DNA of 48,348 nt from Vulcanimicrobiota bacterium (GTDB taxonomy: Bacteria; Vulcanimicrobiota; Vulcanimicrobiia; Vulcanimicrobiales; Vulcanimicrobiaceae), in assembly GCA_963786105.1 (NCBI GenBank), contig CAWAXX010000020.1, forward strand, positions 1 to 48,348, given 5' to 3'. Of this stretch, positions 8,747-18,263 are shown piece by piece. Below the pieces are notes generated by a model. The model had not been told where the DNA came from, searched no databases, and worked only from the letters and a program-made list of their open reading frames with translations. How positions within the stretch are numbered: the stretch's first letter is position 1; every line of letters begins with the position of its first letter. The translations under genes were made by a program, and so were the position numbers.

Positions 8747-8779
8747 GGCCAACCAGTTGGCACTCCAAGGTGCGAAAGT
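8747..8779 (+). promoter_or_regulatory. Palindromic operator GGCCA-N6-TGGCA plus -10-like GAAAGT
   Basis: GCCAAC-CA-GTTGGC palindrome at 8748-8761. -10-like hexamer at 8774-8779, ATG at 8786. Confidence 0.5.
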
Positions 8780-8785
8780 GTGGCC

Positions 8786-9241
8786 ATGGACGAGTATCTC
8801 ATCGGAGCAGGGGCCGTCTTGACGGCCGGCCCGCAATCCTCGATCAGTGGGGCAACCCTCCATGCCCAGACCGATCCGCACCTGGCGGCCAGGGTCAAGG
8901 CAGCGGTTATCGACTTCGAGGCGGCCCACCCGGCTGAGCTCTCGCGCATCGTCATCGTAGCGGCCGGATGGGGTAGTTCGCGGTTCGCCGCCGGCGTCGT
9001 CCGGCCGCTCTTGGCGCAATCGGAATGTACGCTCGTCGATGTGATAGGTTTACTCGCCGGCGCTACCGGCACGCGGGAAGTCCATCTTTTCGCTCGGTGG
9101 GCTCCCGAGGCGGCGACGTCGTCGGCTCTTAGGGCGGCGGGTGTTCGCCTCGTGAGCCACCCGCTCGAGAGCATCCAGCAAGCTGCCCTGGTTTCAGGTC
9201 AACGACTGACGCGCTGGCGGTCACCCTTCCGGGCAGCTTAA
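8786..9241 (+). CDS. Hypothetical protein
   Basis: ORF 8780-9241; ATG 8786 preferred. Fills the gap between terminator and response regulator. No family recognised. Confidence 0.7.
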   Translation: MDEYLIGAGAVLTAGPQSSISGATLHAQTDPHLAARVKAAVIDFEAAHPAELSRIVIVAAGWGSSRFAAGVVRPLLAQSECTLVDVIGLLAGATGTREVHLFARWAPEAATSSALRAAGVRLVSHPLESIQQAALVSGQRLTRWRSPFRAA

Positions 9242-9248
9242 GCGCCAA

Positions 9249-9281
9249 GTTCAGGGGGCTCACAGGGTGAGGACCCACGAT
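9249..9281 (+). promoter_or_regulatory. OmpR/MprA-type direct-repeat box and -10 of the two-component operon
   Basis: GTTCAG (9249) and TCACAG (9260) are 11 bp apart; CACGAT at 9276-9281. Confidence 0.55.
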
Positions 9282-9292
9282 GCAACGTACAC

Positions 9293-9979
9293 ATGGAAAC
9301 TATGCCGAATGCCCGCGTCGCGGTGATTGATGACGACCGCATGGTTCGCGAGATGCTGGAGCTCGGTCTGTCCCGCGAAGGCTACGAGGTCAAGACCGCG
9401 ACGGACGGCTTTGGGGCGCTCGAGCTTGTCAAGGCGTTTGATCCGGAGCTCATCGTTCTCGACATCATGATGCCAAAGATCGACGGAATCACGCTTCTGC
9501 CGCGCCTGCGCGAAATAACACAGGCTCCTATTCTCATGCTTACCGCCAAAGGTGGAACCGACGACAAGGTTCGCTCGTTGAGTTCCGGTGCCGACGATTA
9601 CCTGGTTAAGCCGTTCGTCTTCGAAGAACTCATTGCTAGACTGCAGGCCAAGCTGCGGAGGCCTCAGTTGATCGAAGAGAACGTGCTGCGATGGCACGAC
9701 GTCGCGATCAATCCGGCGACGCGAGAGGCATGGCGCGGAAAGGAGCCGCTCGAATTCACTCAGCGTGAGTTCGACCTACTCGAAGTGTTCTTACGCGAGC
9801 CTCGGCGCGTCTTCAGCAAAGATCACCTTCTCGAGATCGTTTGGGGCCATGATTTCGAGGGCGGCCCCAACATCGTCGAGACGTACATCTCCTATTTGCG
9901 CGCCAAAATCGATCGACCCGGAGAGCCCGGTTCGTTCATTCGCACCGTTAGGGGTGTCGGCTACGGCCTCTCGCAGTAA
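9293..9979 (+). CDS. OmpR/PhoB-family response regulator (MprA-like)
   Basis: VIDDD, LDIMMP phospho-Asp, LTAK, DDYLVKPF; winged helix NIVETYISYLRAKID...IRTVRGVGY. Confidence 0.96.
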   Translation: METMPNARVAVIDDDRMVREMLELGLSREGYEVKTATDGFGALELVKAFDPELIVLDIMMPKIDGITLLPRLREITQAPILMLTAKGGTDDKVRSLSSGADDYLVKPFVFEELIARLQAKLRRPQLIEENVLRWHDVAINPATREAWRGKEPLEFTQREFDLLEVFLREPRRVFSKDHLLEIVWGHDFEGGPNIVETYISYLRAKIDRPGEPGSFIRTVRGVGYGLSQ

Positions 9980-9994
9980 CCACATCGAGGCCCG

Positions 9995-11383
9995 ATGAAA
10001 CTCGCTTCGCGCTTGTCCGCCCTATACGCGGTTTTGCTGGGCGTGACCGTGCTGATCGTTATTCTGGCGTCGTCGATTGCTCTCGTGGTCGAGCTGTCGG
10101 GTTTTACCGGTGACGTAGTCATCGCCAAGCACGAAGAGGCGCGAATCCTCGCCGATCGATTCCATCGCGAAGGGATGACGCTCGCGCAGTCGGCGCCGGA
10201 AATCGTCGCGGCGCTCAGCGGCATCGGTTTACGAGTAACGGTTTTCGACGAAAAGGGGCGCTACCTGGCCGGCGACAAGACGCTTCGGCCGAAGGTGCTC
10301 GATCGAGTCCTTGCGCTCGGCGGAATGGAGCATTTCATTCCACGAGCTCCCACGCACTCGCCGCCTGGAAGACCGCCGCCGGACCCGGCGCGGTTCGAGC
10401 CGCTGCCCCTTGCACCCGTCGAGGGCGGGTACGTTGCATTCGTCTCATCAACCCCGCTGCTGCTCGTCTCTCTCAAACCTTATTGGCGCATCGTCTTGAC
10501 GATTGCGATCGTTGCGATGCTGCTGTCGTGGTTCGTCGGACGCTTTTTTGCAGCGCGGGCGCTTCAGCCGATCGAGGAAGTCAGCAGTTCCTTGGAAGCC
10601 CTAGCGGGCGGCGATTACACCCAGCGACGGTTCATCATGAAGGGCGGCGACGAAGTGGCGTCGCTAACCCGCGCCTACAACGACGCTGCTGCCAGCGTAG
10701 CGGAAGCGATGGACGACCAGCGCCGTGCCGAGGAGCGGATGCGTCAGTTTGCCGCCGATGCGTCGCACGAACTTCGTACGCCGTTGACCGTGATCGGCGG
10801 GTATATCGACGTGCTCCGTCGCGGAGCGATTGAAGAACCGACGATCGCGAAGCAGATTCTGGCAACGATGTCGCTCGAGAAAGAGCACATGCGTAGCCTG
10901 ATCGATCGGCTGATGCGCCTGGCCCGTCTCGATTCCGAAGCCGTTCCACGTATCGAGAAAATCGACGTCGGAGAGTTCTTGCGAGGCCAATGCGAAGCCG
11001 CGCGCCGGCTGGACGACCGCCGAGTGATCGATTACAGCATCCAAGGAGTTAAGACGATCGAAGCCGACCGCAGCGAGCTCGGTGAAGCGATTTGGAACAT
11101 CGTCGAAAACGCGCTGAAGTATGCGCCCGACGCCCCCATCCATCTGGCGGCAGCCAGCAACAACGGCCACGCGGTAATTAGCGTCCGCGATGAGGGTCCG
11201 GGCATGTCCGAGTCGGAGCGGGTGCACGCCTTCGAACGCTTTTACCGAGGCGACGAACGCGGTGAGATAGCTGGAACCGGGCTCGGCCTCGCGATCGCGA
11301 AGCGGGCAGTCGAGCGTGCCGGCGGCGACATCTCGATCGATAGCGCCCCGGGCCATGGAACCGAAGTAACCATCACGCTGTAG
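9995..11383 (+). CDS. Sensor histidine kinase (2 TM, HAMP, HisKA, HATPase)
   Basis: DASHELRTPL H-box, NIVENALKY N-box, DEGPGM, GTGLGLAI. Confidence 0.96.
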   Translation: MKLASRLSALYAVLLGVTVLIVILASSIALVVELSGFTGDVVIAKHEEARILADRFHREGMTLAQSAPEIVAALSGIGLRVTVFDEKGRYLAGDKTLRPKVLDRVLALGGMEHFIPRAPTHSPPGRPPPDPARFEPLPLAPVEGGYVAFVSSTPLLLVSLKPYWRIVLTIAIVAMLLSWFVGRFFAARALQPIEEVSSSLEALAGGDYTQRRFIMKGGDEVASLTRAYNDAAASVAEAMDDQRRAEERMRQFAADASHELRTPLTVIGGYIDVLRRGAIEEPTIAKQILATMSLEKEHMRSLIDRLMRLARLDSEAVPRIEKIDVGEFLRGQCEAARRLDDRRVIDYSIQGVKTIEADRSELGEAIWNIVENALKYAPDAPIHLAAASNNGHAVISVRDEGPGMSESERVHAFERFYRGDERGEIAGTGLGLAIAKRAVERAGGDISIDSAPGHGTEVTITL

Positions 11384-11415
11384 GCGCACACCTGCGGCGT
11401 TCCTGCCCGCACCTC

Positions 11416-11449
11416 TCACAGGCACGGTTCAGGGGTAGTCGGATACAAT
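11416..11449 (+). promoter_or_regulatory. OmpR/MprA-type direct-repeat box and -10 of the TonB-dependent receptor gene
   Basis: TCACAG (11416) and GTTCAG (11427) are 11 bp apart; TACAAT at 11444-11449. Confidence 0.6.
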
Positions 11450-11460
11450 TACGCGGACGC

Positions 11461-14400
11461 ATGCCACGAATTGTAGCGGCGGCAGTCGCCGCGATTTTTG
11501 CGCTATCTGCTTGGCCGGTGTTCGCACAGACGGACTCGGGTGAAATCTCGATTCTCGTGACCGACGCGGCGACTAACCAGCCGATTGGACTGGCACGCGT
11601 CCTGCTCGACGGTGCCGTCATCATTTCGGAACTCACCGGTGCTAACGGCGCCGTAAAGTTTACCGACGTACCGGACGGAATCTATCGCGCCCGGATCGTT
11701 AAACGTGGCTACCAAAGTTTGACCTCGGCCCAGTTCGAGGTGCTCGACGGACGCGTCGTCACGGTCGCGGTCGCACTCGTGTCCGATACCGGCGGCTTGA
11801 AAGTCATCGGAACGGTAAGCGTCAAGGCGTCGGCGACCATTTCGTCGACCAGTATCGACCAGAATTCACCTCAGCGACGCCTATCCGACGATCTCGCGGG
11901 CGCACTGAACAAGCTATCGGGCGTCAGCGTGACGACCAGTAGCGACGACAGCGACGCGACGCAGACGATCTCGCTTGAAGGTCACGACGCGAGCCAAACA
12001 GCCTTAACGCTCGACGGTATCCCGCTCAACGCCCCTGGGACGGCGGGTAACTTGCGCGGCTTCGCCACCGATTTGTTTCAGGGTGCCTCGGTACGCACCG
12101 GCGCCCAAATCGGCGGTCTTGGCGGGTCCGTGAACTTTACGACATTGCAGCCGACGTTGAGTTGGATGTCGCAGGTGGCAACGTCGGTGGGCAGCTACGG
12201 CAAATACAACTACTCTTTGGCGGAGACGGGCTCGATCGATAAACTCGGCATCGCGGCGCAAACGGTGTATCGTGCGGTTCCCAGTTTGGTCGACGGCCAA
12301 TATTTCCTCGACGCCAGCGGTCTTGCATACAGCCACGACGGCGATAGCGATTATTACGGAAATCTGCTCAAGCTGCGCTACGAGCTAACCGATTCGCAAG
12401 CCTTAACCGGAACGTTCCTCAACTCGGCGCACACGACGGAAATCGTGTGCCTGCGCCAAGGCGCCCCTCCTGCTCTGCCGTGCGGGTACGGTCCCGACAA
12501 CTGGAACAATGGCAGCATACAGCTCTACTCGCTCACCGACAACGCCCTGCTGGGAGCAACGCAAGTACAAGCGTCGCTGTACTCGTCGACGTCGACCAAC
12601 GTTCTCGACGAGATCAACCGTTATATCGACGTCTCCACCGGCCCGGCCCCCGAGCCGACTAGCGACCCCAACGGCTTTAGTAACACGTTAAAGACCAACG
12701 GGTTCGTGGTTAACGCAACGCTGCCCGCGAAGCAGCGCCACACGATCTCGTTCCAGGCATACGGTACGGCCTCGCAAAATGTGACGTCGCCGCTGGTCGT
12801 ACAAGCCCAGCCCTTCTACAACGGGACGGTGAACACGAACTACGATGCGCTGACGGTCACCGACACGATCCATTCGAGCGACAAGTTCACGCTGGCGGAA
12901 TCGGCTGGCGCGAGCACCGCAACCGGCGCGGGTGGGATCACCGCGCTCGGAAGTGTGGCCGCTAGTTGGCGCCCGACGTTGAAGGACACCTACACGGCCT
13001 CATATTCGCTTGGAGGCGTGGCGGCAAATCCGGGTCGCGTGAACATCCTAAGCGACCCAGCGTCGCTGCGCTTTACGTGCGTTGGCGATCCGAAGCAAGA
13101 CACGGCTTATGGAAGCGCCCCGGGTCAAGAGCCGGGTCCCAGCTCCTCGATCTCCTACCGCGTCGGCTATACGCACGTCCTGCACGGCGGAAACGTTTCG
13201 CTCCAGCTCTATCGGCAAATCCAAGCCGGCGTGCTGCTGCCCGTTCTCGTAAACGGATCCGTGCTGGCGGCGCAGGGCGTATTCCCGGTCGGCTACTTGC
13301 AGGAAGTACAGCAGCTCTACGATTCGGCGGCCGGATGCAACGTGAAAGCCGGTGCGCCGTTTGGCCCGCAACAGCTCTATTTTTCGACGCCGATCAGTGG
13401 CGTCAAGCGGGTCTATCAGGGAGCCGAGCTCACCGGGTACGCGACCCTCGGTAATCTGGTCGTTCAACCATACTACAACGTAACGGTTTCGACCGCCGAG
13501 TCCAACTCGCCGTACTTCGTGAATCCGTATTCGATTACGATTTCCGGCGAACAGCTGCCCAATCAGCCGCTACAGAAAGCCGGGATCGTTTTCGACTACA
13601 AAGCTCCGCATTCGGCGCTCGAATGGCTCGCCGATGCGCAGTATACGGCGCGAAACAACCCCAATAACTTACCCGCCTATACGACGTTCGACGCCGGCGT
13701 GACTGCCGAGTTGAACCGGGGCACCCTAACCTTTGCGGCGAGCAACATCACGAATGCGTACGGCGGTATCTTCGCGACGCCCGCGAACGCCGTCGCATAT
13801 CAGACCCTCAACGGCTACACGATTCCCACGATTGCGCGTCCGCTTACGCCTCGTTCCTATTCGGTTACCTACGGCGTGAAGTTCGGTCCCGGGGCCCTGG
13901 CCTCGTCGCAAACCGGTACGGCGTTCAACCTCCCGCGAGGCGCGCGCGGCGGACTCGAAGGTCCGGGCGGACCGGGGGCTCCCGGTGGCTCTGGTGCGCC
14001 GGGTGGTCCGCCTGGATCCGGCGGTGGCGGGTTCCGTAGCCTTTTAATGCCGCTTCCGACGTCGCCGCCGAGCGATCCATTTGCGGTGGCAAGCGACCCG
14101 CAGCGTTGTAGTGCGGCGGATGCGGCGAATGCCCAAACGCTCTCGGCACAGCTTCGCGCGTACGTCGCAAAAATCGAGGCCTCGAAGAATGCCGCCGGTT
14201 ACCCCGCCACGTTTGCGGCACCCGCGTTGCCCGACGCAAGCGTGACGTATCACGGCTTGGGCAACTCCTACGCACTAACGATCGTCGTGAAAGGTGCTGG
14301 GCGCATGCGCGCACTCGCGGGATGTTTCGCGTTGCACCTTGCGCGAACCGACGATGTGACCGCTCGCCACCTGTACGCGCCGCAGAGCACGCTCTTCCTA

Positions 14401-14889
14401 GTACCGCAGTTGAACTTCATGCCGGCGGTCGGCCTGTATTTCGTAGCTCGTCAACAACAAGCCGGCCAGGAATCATTCCGCGTCTACAAGTTGCCCACTT
14501 CGCCGCCGAAAGCGCCCTTCGACCTGCGCGCAGCGAGCTCGGCGTGTACGGGCGATGCGCGCAATCTCGCAACGCAAGCCTTGGGCGAGTTGCGGAACTA
14601 TTTCGCCGAAAACGTCCGAGCGCCGAGCTGGACCATCACGGAGCACCAAGCTGCCGGCGGCCCCTGGTACGAACTTGATCCAACCGATCCGAGCTTCGTC
14701 GCCGCGCTCTTGCAGTGCGGCCGAGTATCGGCGACGACTGCCGACGAGCTCAAGCAACGCGGTTTTGACGGGAAGGTCGTGCCGGAGCTCAACTACACGC
14801 CAACCCTCGGACTTTACTTGATACGGCCGAACAATGGGTTCGGGCCCGGGGCACGGGGGAACGGCCCGCAACCGACTCCGCCGCCGTAG
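11461..14889 (+). CDS. TonB-dependent receptor-like outer-membrane protein with duplicated C-terminal domain
   Basis: Signal peptide; carboxypeptidase-regulatory-like N-domain; plug (ALNKLSGVSV...ISLEG...LTLDGIPL); barrel ending ASNITN...PRSYSVTYGVKF; then about 335 extra residues. Confidence 0.82.
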   Translation: MPRIVAAAVAAIFALSAWPVFAQTDSGEISILVTDAATNQPIGLARVLLDGAVIISELTGANGAVKFTDVPDGIYRARIVKRGYQSLTSAQFEVLDGRVVTVAVALVSDTGGLKVIGTVSVKASATISSTSIDQNSPQRRLSDDLAGALNKLSGVSVTTSSDDSDATQTISLEGHDASQTALTLDGIPLNAPGTAGNLRGFATDLFQGASVRTGAQIGGLGGSVNFTTLQPTLSWMSQVATSVGSYGKYNYSLAETGSIDKLGIAAQTVYRAVPSLVDGQYFLDASGLAYSHDGDSDYYGNLLKLRYELTDSQALTGTFLNSAHTTEIVCLRQGAPPALPCGYGPDNWNNGSIQLYSLTDNALLGATQVQASLYSSTSTNVLDEINRYIDVSTGPAPEPTSDPNGFSNTLKTNGFVVNATLPAKQRHTISFQAYGTASQNVTSPLVVQAQPFYNGTVNTNYDALTVTDTIHSSDKFTLAESAGASTATGAGGITALGSVAASWRPTLKDTYTASYSLGGVAANPGRVNILSDPASLRFTCVGDPKQDTAYGSAPGQEPGPSSSISYRVGYTHVLHGGNVSLQLYRQIQAGVLLPVLVNGSVLAAQGVFPVGYLQEVQQLYDSAAGCNVKAGAPFGPQQLYFSTPISGVKRVYQGAELTGYATLGNLVVQPYYNVTVSTAESNSPYFVNPYSITISGEQLPNQPLQKAGIVFDYKAPHSALEWLADAQYTARNNPNNLPAYTTFDAGVTAELNRGTLTFAASNITNAYGGIFATPANAVAYQTLNGYTIPTIARPLTPRSYSVTYGVKFGPGALASSQTGTAFNLPRGARGGLEGPGGPGAPGGSGAPGGPPGSGGGGFRSLLMPLPTSPPSDPFAVASDPQRCSAADAANAQTLSAQLRAYVAKIEASKNAAGYPATFAAPALPDASVTYHGLGNSYALTIVVKGAGRMRALAGCFALHLARTDDVTARHLYAPQSTLFLVPQLNFMPAVGLYFVARQQQAGQESFRVYKLPTSPPKAPFDLRAASSACTGDARNLATQALGELRNYFAENVRAPSWTITEHQAAGGPWYELDPTDPSFVAALLQCGRVSATTADELKQRGFDGKVVPELNYTPTLGLYLIRPNNGFGPGARGNGPQPTPPP

Positions 14890-14922
14890 CCCCGCAAATT
14901 CGCTGCAAAAACTTCGCTGGGT

Positions 14923-15867
14923 CTACCTGCTGATCACGACGGCGCCCGGCGAGCCGCCGCTGAGTTGCAGCGATCGCGTCGGTGCACCGCCGGCTGGATA
15001 GGCGTAGACCGAAACGTTCCCGGGGCAGGAGGATGGGCACAAAATCGTCTTGCCGAATATAAAAAACGTACTCACTTCTTGCGCGCCACCAAGGGTCGTG
15101 GTTCCGACGACCTTCGCACCGGACGTCTGATACACGTTTGCGGTTCCTTGGTCGCCGATCGTAACGTACTTACCGTCGTATTGGACGTCACCGGGGAACG
15201 CAATGGCTTTGTTGAGCGTGATGTCGACAAACGTCTTGCGCGCGCTGGGGAGCTTGGCGTAGCGGAACCCGCCGCTGCTGTCGGTGCCGTCAACGAAGAG
15301 ATTACCCTTGTCGTCGTAGCCTAGGAAGTCCATGCGAAAGAAGTTCGAATCTACGTCGTTTTTGGGAGCACCGGTGGCTTTCTTGTAAATCGAAACGCTG
15401 CCAGGTCCGCCGCTCGTCGAAGCGATGTTCGCAACGGCAAGGTCCCCGTTGATCGCGCTAACCGAACAGGCGACGGGATACTGATTGGGGTCGCTCAGCG
15501 TTGCGATTGGGCTAGTTGCTCCGTGCGCGTATTCGAGGATCTGAGACGCTCCGGTGTTGGCGATGAAGACGTTACCGCCTTGGTCGACACATTCGCCCTG
15601 AGGCTCGTTGAAGCCGGTCAGCATCCCGACGAGTGTGCCCTTTGGATAGGCGTAGACGTAGACGGTATTTGAGTCAAAACTGGCGCCGTAGAGCAACGTC
15701 CGGCGCCTTGCCTGCGCGTCCATCCACGACGTTAGCGCTTGACGCGCCGTTAGGGCGATGGGCCCCCTGGAGGGAGTGAGTGTCGTTCCGTTGCTGGTAC
15801 ACGCAGACGCCAGTGCGAAAATCGCCGTCGCGCCGGCTGCGGAGCGCACCAATCTCAAGATCTCCAT
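14923..15867 (-). CDS. Beta-propeller (NHL-like) lipoprotein
   Basis: Start moved to ATG 15867 (AGGAG SD). Lipobox LASAC; repeats PQGECVDQGGNVFIANT, GDLAVAN, YDDKGNLFVDG. Confidence 0.8.
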   Translation of the reverse strand: MEILRLVRSAAGATAIFALASACTSNGTTLTPSRGPIALTARQALTSWMDAQARRRTLLYGASFDSNTVYVYAYPKGTLVGMLTGFNEPQGECVDQGGNVFIANTGASQILEYAHGATSPIATLSDPNQYPVACSVSAINGDLAVANIASTSGGPGSVSIYKKATGAPKNDVDSNFFRMDFLGYDDKGNLFVDGTDSSGGFRYAKLPSARKTFVDITLNKAIAFPGDVQYDGKYVTIGDQGTANVYQTSGAKVVGTTTLGGAQEVSTFFIFGKTILCPSSCPGNVSVYAYPAGGAPTRSLQLSGGSPGAVVISR

Positions 15868-15887
15868 AACGAACTCCTTTTGCTGCT

Positions 15888-16910
15888 TTAGTGGACGGCT
15901 AGACCCCACACGCAGCCGACGTTCGTAATTTTGGTGTTTGTATAGAACGTGGGCGCGAGTTTCGACGTGAACTTTTTACTGGCCAGCGGGTAGGTGTAGA
16001 TGCCCGCAAAATCGCCGCAGTCCCCATCGTAGAGGTTCCCCGCTTTGTCGAACGCTAAATCGGAACCGAAGGCATGTGGGGCGATGCCGGTGGCATCGAC
16101 GACCGTAGGCTTTTTCCCCGCCCGTAAATCATTGCTCGCATATTTTACGATCGCATTGGTGGAGCCGTTGTTCGACGATGCGAAGAGATTACCGAGGGAA
16201 TCGAAGGCGATTCCACCTGGATTGGTGATGCCTTTGAGGAAGTACGGCTGCTGATTGGATATTGGCTGGGCAAATACCGCGATGTTCGTCGCGCCGGCAT
16301 TGGCCACGTAGAGATTGCCATTGGGATCGAACGCGAGCCCCTGCGGATTGTCGATCCCCGCGGTCAACGTCAGTGCCGGCTTGAAGTCGCCGCCTTCTTG
16401 AAAGAAGTTGCCGGTGTATTCGTAGACGCTGTTTTTACCGACGGAACTCACCCACAGGTTTCCGTGACCGTCGAACTCGATGTGCACTCCGACCAGCGCG
16501 CCCTCGAGGGTGTCGTAGTACAGGGGCCTGCTGGCGGTGGCGATCGGCAAGGAAAAGATCAACAGGATGCTCGGCGCGGACGGCCCGTTGGGCTGCGTCA
16601 GAACCCACGCGAGGTCTTGGTGAATTCGTACGGTGCTCGTCTCTTGCAGCAGATTTCCGGTGGTGCCATTCACCGTCTTGACGGACGACCCGTGCATCAG
16701 CGGCTCGTCCGCGATCTGGAGCTGCGGTCCCGGGTTTGGTGCAAACAACGCCCAGTAAACTTTTTGGGCGGCATTTCCAGTGGCGCGCTCGGCCGTTTCG
16801 CGGAGCGGCGCTGCAGGTAGAAGATTCGCCGCCGGAGTGACCGGCGCATTGCCCGACCCCGAGCACGCGGTTACCGCGAATGCGAAGCACAGTACGATCA
16901 GACGTCGCAT
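15888..16910 (-). CDS. NHL-repeat beta-propeller lipoprotein
   Basis: Start moved to ATG 16910 (GAGGGGG SD). Lipobox VTAC; repeats PQGLAFDPNGNLYVAN, PGGIAFDSLGNLF, LAFDKAGNLY. Confidence 0.85.
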   Translation of the reverse strand: MRRLIVLCFAFAVTACSGSGNAPVTPAANLLPAAPLRETAERATGNAAQKVYWALFAPNPGPQLQIADEPLMHGSSVKTVNGTTGNLLQETSTVRIHQDLAWVLTQPNGPSAPSILLIFSLPIATASRPLYYDTLEGALVGVHIEFDGHGNLWVSSVGKNSVYEYTGNFFQEGGDFKPALTLTAGIDNPQGLAFDPNGNLYVANAGATNIAVFAQPISNQQPYFLKGITNPGGIAFDSLGNLFASSNNGSTNAIVKYASNDLRAGKKPTVVDATGIAPHAFGSDLAFDKAGNLYDGDCGDFAGIYTYPLASKKFTSKLAPTFYTNTKITNVGCVWGLAVH

Positions 16911-17046
16911 GAAAGCTACCCCCTCAGTCCGCACGCTTGCTTGGCAAGTGAAAACCTTCCTGCCGCAGGGAAGCGCCGCCGCCACCTGAAGAAGGCGGCG
17001 ACTCAGTCCGCTTCATGCTTTCGCCGACCGCTTTTACGAGGTTGAC

Positions 17047-17721
17047 ATGAAATTGCACGCTCGCCTTGCTTCGATCACCGTTCTTGCAGCTGCGGCGTCG
17101 CTCGCCGGTTGCGCCACGCACTCCGGCACCCTGTTGCCGTCGCCTTCGCAGGCGGGTGCGCAGCACATCGCAAGCCTTGCAACCCCGCTGGTTGCGTTAC
17201 CCGAAGCCGTTCCGCCGAACTGCAAAGGCCAGAAAACGACCCAACAGTATGCCAGCGATACGGAGAAGCTCCGAATCACCGGCGGCAGTCTCTGCATCCC
17301 GGCCTTCGGGGCCCTCGGGGGATCGATCACCTATCCCCCGGCCAATCCGTCGGTGAGCGTATCGCTGATCAGCAGCACGACGAACTACAATAAGAAGTTG
17401 CCGCAGTTGGGTAACGGCGCGCCGATTTTCTACCTGCAGATCGCGCTGACCAAAGGAACGGCCTTCGGGCAGAACGCGAAAGCCGGCGGCGGTCTGACCG
17501 GTAAAACGATTAAGCCCGGCAACACGTACACCGCCTACGCGCAAGCGAAGATCTTGGGATTTCCGGTCAACTTCACGCCCTGCTACGCGGTCGCTACCAA
17601 AGGGAAATACGGTGGCGTGATCGGCGGCATAGGCTCGCTACTGAAGGGCCAATCGGTTCCCAACAACACGTCCGGCGTCATTGAGATTTACTCAGGCAAA
17701 AGCGCGAACGCAAAGTGCTAG
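17047..17721 (+). CDS. Hypothetical lipoprotein
   Basis: GAGG SD; lipobox LAGC; four further Cys; beta-rich. Confidence 0.8.
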   Translation: MKLHARLASITVLAAAASLAGCATHSGTLLPSPSQAGAQHIASLATPLVALPEAVPPNCKGQKTTQQYASDTEKLRITGGSLCIPAFGALGGSITYPPANPSVSVSLISSTTNYNKKLPQLGNGAPIFYLQIALTKGTAFGQNAKAGGGLTGKTIKPGNTYTAYAQAKILGFPVNFTPCYAVATKGKYGGVIGGIGSLLKGQSVPNNTSGVIEIYSGKSANAKC

Positions 17722-18248
17722 ACGGTAGGGCCCTCCTCCGGAGACTTCCCGGAGGTGCGGGCCAAATCGACCATCTCGCGCATGCGCGGATGCTCGCCAC
17801 GAATCGTTTGAACCCACTGCTCGAAACGTGGAACGGGCTCGCCGACTCGGAAAAGGAAGTACCAAACGTTCATGTCGCCCATGAACGTGAAGCGTTTTTT
17901 GAAATCCTTGGCAAGCCCCTGGTAGGAATCGAACGAGCGCAGATACGTTGAGAACCCATCGTATTCGCGGTTGGTCTCGAGCAGCGCGGCGGCGTTAGCG
18001 ATAGTGGCCCGTACCTTGCGCGGCATTCGCAAAATGCCCGGAGTGGCAAGCACGCGCTCGACGTCCACCTCGTCGTACGCGGCGACCTGCACCGGGTCGA
18101 AGGACGCAAATCCCTCGTGGTACGCGTCCCAATGGTCGGCAATCTGACGCCAACTGACGCCCGCTTGGAAAACCGCGCGCGTCATGACCTCGAAATAGCC
18201 GGCGAGCGAACCGGGCTTTACAACTTCGGGGATGACGGCGACGCTCAT
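17718..18248 (-). CDS. DNA-3-methyladenine glycosylase I (Tag)-like protein
   Basis: FQAGVSW, FASFDP, GILRMPRKVRATIANA, KKRFTFMG motifs. Start is ATG 18248 or GTG 18263. Confidence 0.82.
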   Translation of the reverse strand: MSVAVIPEVVKPGSLAGYFEVMTRAVFQAGVSWRQIADHWDAYHEGFASFDPVQVAAYDEVDVERVLATPGILRMPRKVRATIANAAALLETNREYDGFSTYLRSFDSYQGLAKDFKKRFTFMGDMNVWYFLFRVGEPVPRFEQWVQTIRGEHPRMREMVDLARTSGKSPEEGPTV

Positions 18249-18263
18249 TACCGGGCCTGGCAC

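Noticed and set aside
14894..14920. GCAAA..TTCGCTG duplication between convergent genes
   Set aside because: Too short, with no hairpin or further copies.
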